IMG/VR virus record: IMGVR_UViG_3300050821_018050
Location: 32,001 to 96,000 of that record
Source: a virus
DNA: 64,000 nt
Strand: one strand, 5' to 3'
Shown here piece by piece: positions 61,798 to 64,000 of the stretch (position 1 is its first letter; the number at the start of each line of letters is the position of its first letter). The notes under the pieces were generated by a model. It was not told the DNA's origin and made no database searches. It saw only the letters and a program-made list of their open reading frames with translations. Made by a program: the position numbers and the translations under genes.

Positions 61798-61941
61798 TTA
61801 GAATGACTTCCATTCGATGGTAATATAACGCCATCGATTGAAATATGGGTAAAATCTTACTTCAATAGTGTTCATAAACGGGTCAGCCCAAATGTATTTT
61901 TTGCTCATTGGCCCGTTACTCCAAAGATTCCGACTATCCAT
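61798..61941 (-). CDS. 47-aa array microprotein (MDSRNLWSNGPMSKKYIW...)
   Basis: Hand-translated; GAGG SD; overlaps both neighbours. Confidence 0.6.
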   Translation of the reverse strand: MDSRNLWSNGPMSKKYIWADPFMNTIEVRFYPYFNRWRYITIEWKSF

Positions 61942-62098
61942 TTCTTACCTCGATTATATAATATCCGTTCCAAGGATTACTTGTTTTGTCAAACTTGATC
62001 TGATATTCGTACATTTTAGGCCAGCGGACCTGACCTCCCCAAACAAGATCTCCAAAATAACCACTAGACATTCTAAAAATTCTGTAGATTCTTTTCAT
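61934..62098 (-). CDS. 54-aa array microprotein (MKRIYRIFRM...YYIIEVRNG)
   Basis: Hand-translated; ATGA overlap. Confidence 0.6.
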   Translation of the reverse strand: MKRIYRIFRMSSGYFGDLVWGGQVRWPKMYEYQIKFDKTSNPWNGYYIIEVRNG

Positions 62099-62337
62099 TT
62101 TAACTCAATTTTAAAAGACATCGGATATGGATTATCTTGGTTCCACATAAAATATGACCAATCTCCACTTTTATACCAAAAATATTTTTCTTTTACCAAT
62201 CCCATACTTCCCATACTGTTCTGAAAATCGGATTCGGTCTTACGCGGTACGAAGTACACCTAGCCCTATATTCGTAACATTTTTTAAAACTGTAGGTTTG
62301 TGACGGCTTTCCCTCGTCAAATTCAATAGAAAATTTC

Positions 62338-62529
62338 TTAAAAATCATTGATACCAATCCAACCTACCGAACTTATTTCAAATGTTATCCATGTATCCCA
62401 ATGACCCACATATAAAGAGTACTCTGCTCGCGCCCATGTGTCAAAGTGTTTTTCATCAAGGGTGTATCTACCTAGCTGGGGCTTTGGCGTAAATTCCCAA
62501 AGATAATAGGAATATCTCATGTGGGTCAT
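62338..62529 (-). CDS. 63-aa array microprotein
   Basis: ORF track; GGAG SD; ATGA overlap. Confidence 0.65.
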   Translation of the reverse strand: MTHMRYSYYLWEFTPKPQLGRYTLDEKHFDTWARAEYSLYVGHWDTWITFEISSVGWIGINDF

Positions 62530-62674
62530 GTTGGCTCCATGTCAAAGCTCCAGAGTTTTTCGGAAGCTTTCCCGATAACTATTATATGGTATATGTTAGC
62601 AAAATCATCAAAATGCGTCGAAGAAACAAAATAAGTTCTAGGATCGTAAGGGAACTTCATCCAAGTGGCGTACC

Positions 62675-62815
62675 TCATAATTCCCTTTCAAGTGTTAAGA
62701 TAATATAATTTTTCAAATAACTTTCTAGTGATGATTTCCAATACCGATCAACCCAAGCTCTGTTCAGGAAATCATAGTCTTCTTTATTGGTGCAAATAAT
62801 ATCAATTCTGATCAT
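62675..62815 (-). CDS. 46-aa array microprotein (MIRIDIICTNKEDYDF...)
   Basis: Hand-translated; overlaps both neighbours. Confidence 0.6.
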   Translation of the reverse strand: MIRIDIICTNKEDYDFLNRAWVDRYWKSSLESYLKNYIILTLEREL

Positions 62816-62950
62816 GAAATGCCTTTTTTAGCCGTACCATTATGCCATCTGTGTGTCCGTATTCTAAAGTTCTGTCCCACTCCATTACAGTCAATGCGGT
62901 TAAGAAAACTGTGTGATTGATGCCAAAAGGTAAAAATACGATCATTGTTA

Positions 62951-63097
62951 TTATTTTGTCCATATCGTCACGTCGTACCCCAGTCCCCAAGAATTGGCTC
63001 CGCTCCATTTGTGATTTCCGATAACATTATTCACCATGAAAAAATCATCTGCGCCGTCTGAAGACAAGATTAACTGTATTTCAAACCAATGCCTCAT
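62951..63097 (-). CDS. 48-aa array microprotein (MRHWFEIQLIL...TIWTK)
   Basis: Hand-translated; ATGA overlap. Confidence 0.6.
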   Translation of the reverse strand: MRHWFEIQLILSSDGADDFFMVNNVIGNHKWSGANSWGLGYDVTIWTK

Positions 63098-63659
63098 TTG
63101 CGCTTTGTCCATATGATGACCTCGCTCTCATCACTCCACCTGCGAGTCCCGGCCCATAGGTCATCTTTCCCGTACATAAGAATGTCCATGAAATCTCTAC
63201 CGACAGGCGGAATGCCAATTTGGATGATTATGGTAAAGCGCAAATCTTTCAGCATTTCATCACCCATGAGTCTCCAATAGCAACCAATAAAATCCAGTAT
63301 ACATGAACCATTTCGAGCTGCGAGCATTTTTGCCATGCCACTCTCGCCCATCATGTCCATAATCTATATAAATTTGGTATCGACGTTTGAATTTATCCAC
63401 GATACCCCGCAATGTGATCTTGTGGATAAAGAAAAATCGTAGCCGTTACATGAGAGAATTCCCATATGTACGTAGCATTTATGCACCGACTCGACAGTCC
63501 CATTTCATCGTCGTCAAGCTCTATTATTATCATAAACCATAAAAATATACATTTCTGGATGGTCAACCGTAGTACTCCACCTGGAATATATGGGAGGGAG
63601 ATCCAGTATCAGTTCAAACATGCTTTCATCTAGCGTAACATCAAATTTGTAATAAGTCA

Positions 63660-63785
63660 TTAGCGATACCATTCCAATACTAAATAATCTTTAGTGCCAC
63701 ATGCGTGCCATCGCTCAGACTCTAAAACGGCCTCAACAAATGGATCGTCACTTCTCTTAAGAATGACGAAGATTTCAATTTTCAT
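63660..63785 (-). CDS. 41-aa array microprotein (MKIEIFVILK...LEWYR)
   Basis: Hand-translated; ATGA and TAATG overlaps. Confidence 0.6.
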   Translation of the reverse strand: MKIEIFVILKRSDDPFVEAVLESERWHACGTKDYLVLEWYR

Positions 63786-63952
63786 TCACCCACCTTACCA
63801 TAATAATTGCTATGACTTATATGCGGGTAAAATGCGAAATGATCTGGGCGACCGTGGATGCTCCACAGATCGCTATTAAACTGGTCCAGTATGAAATGGA
63901 GTTCATCTCGATCTTTCCACATCACAATGATAACGATTTTAGAAACGTTCAC
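63782..63952 (-). CDS. 56-aa array microprotein (MNVSKIVIIV...)
   Basis: Hand-translated; GTG start with AGGAG SD. Confidence 0.6.
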   Translation of the reverse strand: MNVSKIVIIVMWKDRDELHFILDQFNSDLWSIHGRPDHFAFYPHISHSNYYGKVGE

Positions 63953-64000
63953 CAACTCTCCTAACGTGGAAAAGCAGCCAGTGTAAAGTTTGATTTGGTT

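Larger units (their letters stand above)
49013..64000 (-). other. Tandem array of aromatic-rich microprotein genes (mostly 35-70 aa), continuing past window end
   Basis: Chains of ORFs joined by ATGA/TAATG or short overlaps; 16 consecutive ORFs hand-translated in 61646-63952. Confidence 0.8.

Noticed and set aside
49202-63879. Plus-strand ORFs within the array (e.g. 55364..55684, 60317..60598, 61868..62224)
   Set aside because: They lie opposite coupled minus-strand genes, and all promoters found in this region point to the minus strand.
49013-64000. Stop-codon reassignment explaining the short ORFs
   Set aside because: Consecutive ORFs change frame at ATGA/TAATG overlaps, end in TAA, TGA and TAG, and often have their own SD. 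Long structural genes read normally in code 11.
49013-64000. CRISPR array or integron-like cassette array given the ~145-bp periodicity
   Set aside because: No conserved direct repeat or attC-like palindrome seen between units; junctions are overlapping coding sequence.
49013-64000. Diversity-generating retroelement as the diversifier
   Set aside because: No reverse transcriptase and no TR/VR pair with adenine-specific mismatches seen in this window; cannot be excluded elsewhere in the genome.

Overview
This window looks like part of a large contractile-tailed (myovirus-type) phage genome in the standard genetic code. The + strand (1-48.8 kb) carries late virion genes: head-associated proteins rich in [LVM]-x-K-[S/A/G/E] motifs, neck/tail completion proteins, a 923-aa sheath, two tube paralogs, a fibre, tail chaperones, tape measure, hub, spike and baseplate wedges including a 2181-aa baseplate-J. 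Most late units are preceded by the octamer CCTAATAT. Antisense early-type cassettes are interleaved, driven by near-consensus sigma70 promoters that mostly give leaderless mRNAs. Highlights: (1) a >15 kb minus-strand array of an estimated 90-100 translationally coupled, aromatic-rich 35-70 aa microproteins (48.6-64 kb, smaller cluster at 40.7-44.4 kb), mostly missed by the ORF track; (2) two polyvalent head-region proteins with 2H-phosphoesterase, ART-like, VTC and DUF3293/SAM-lyase-like domains separated by putative protease sites; (3) an overprinted gene with its own promoter inside one of them; (4) an atypical tRNA-like RNA starting at a predicted transcription start. All family calls come from motif recognition by eye, not database searches.
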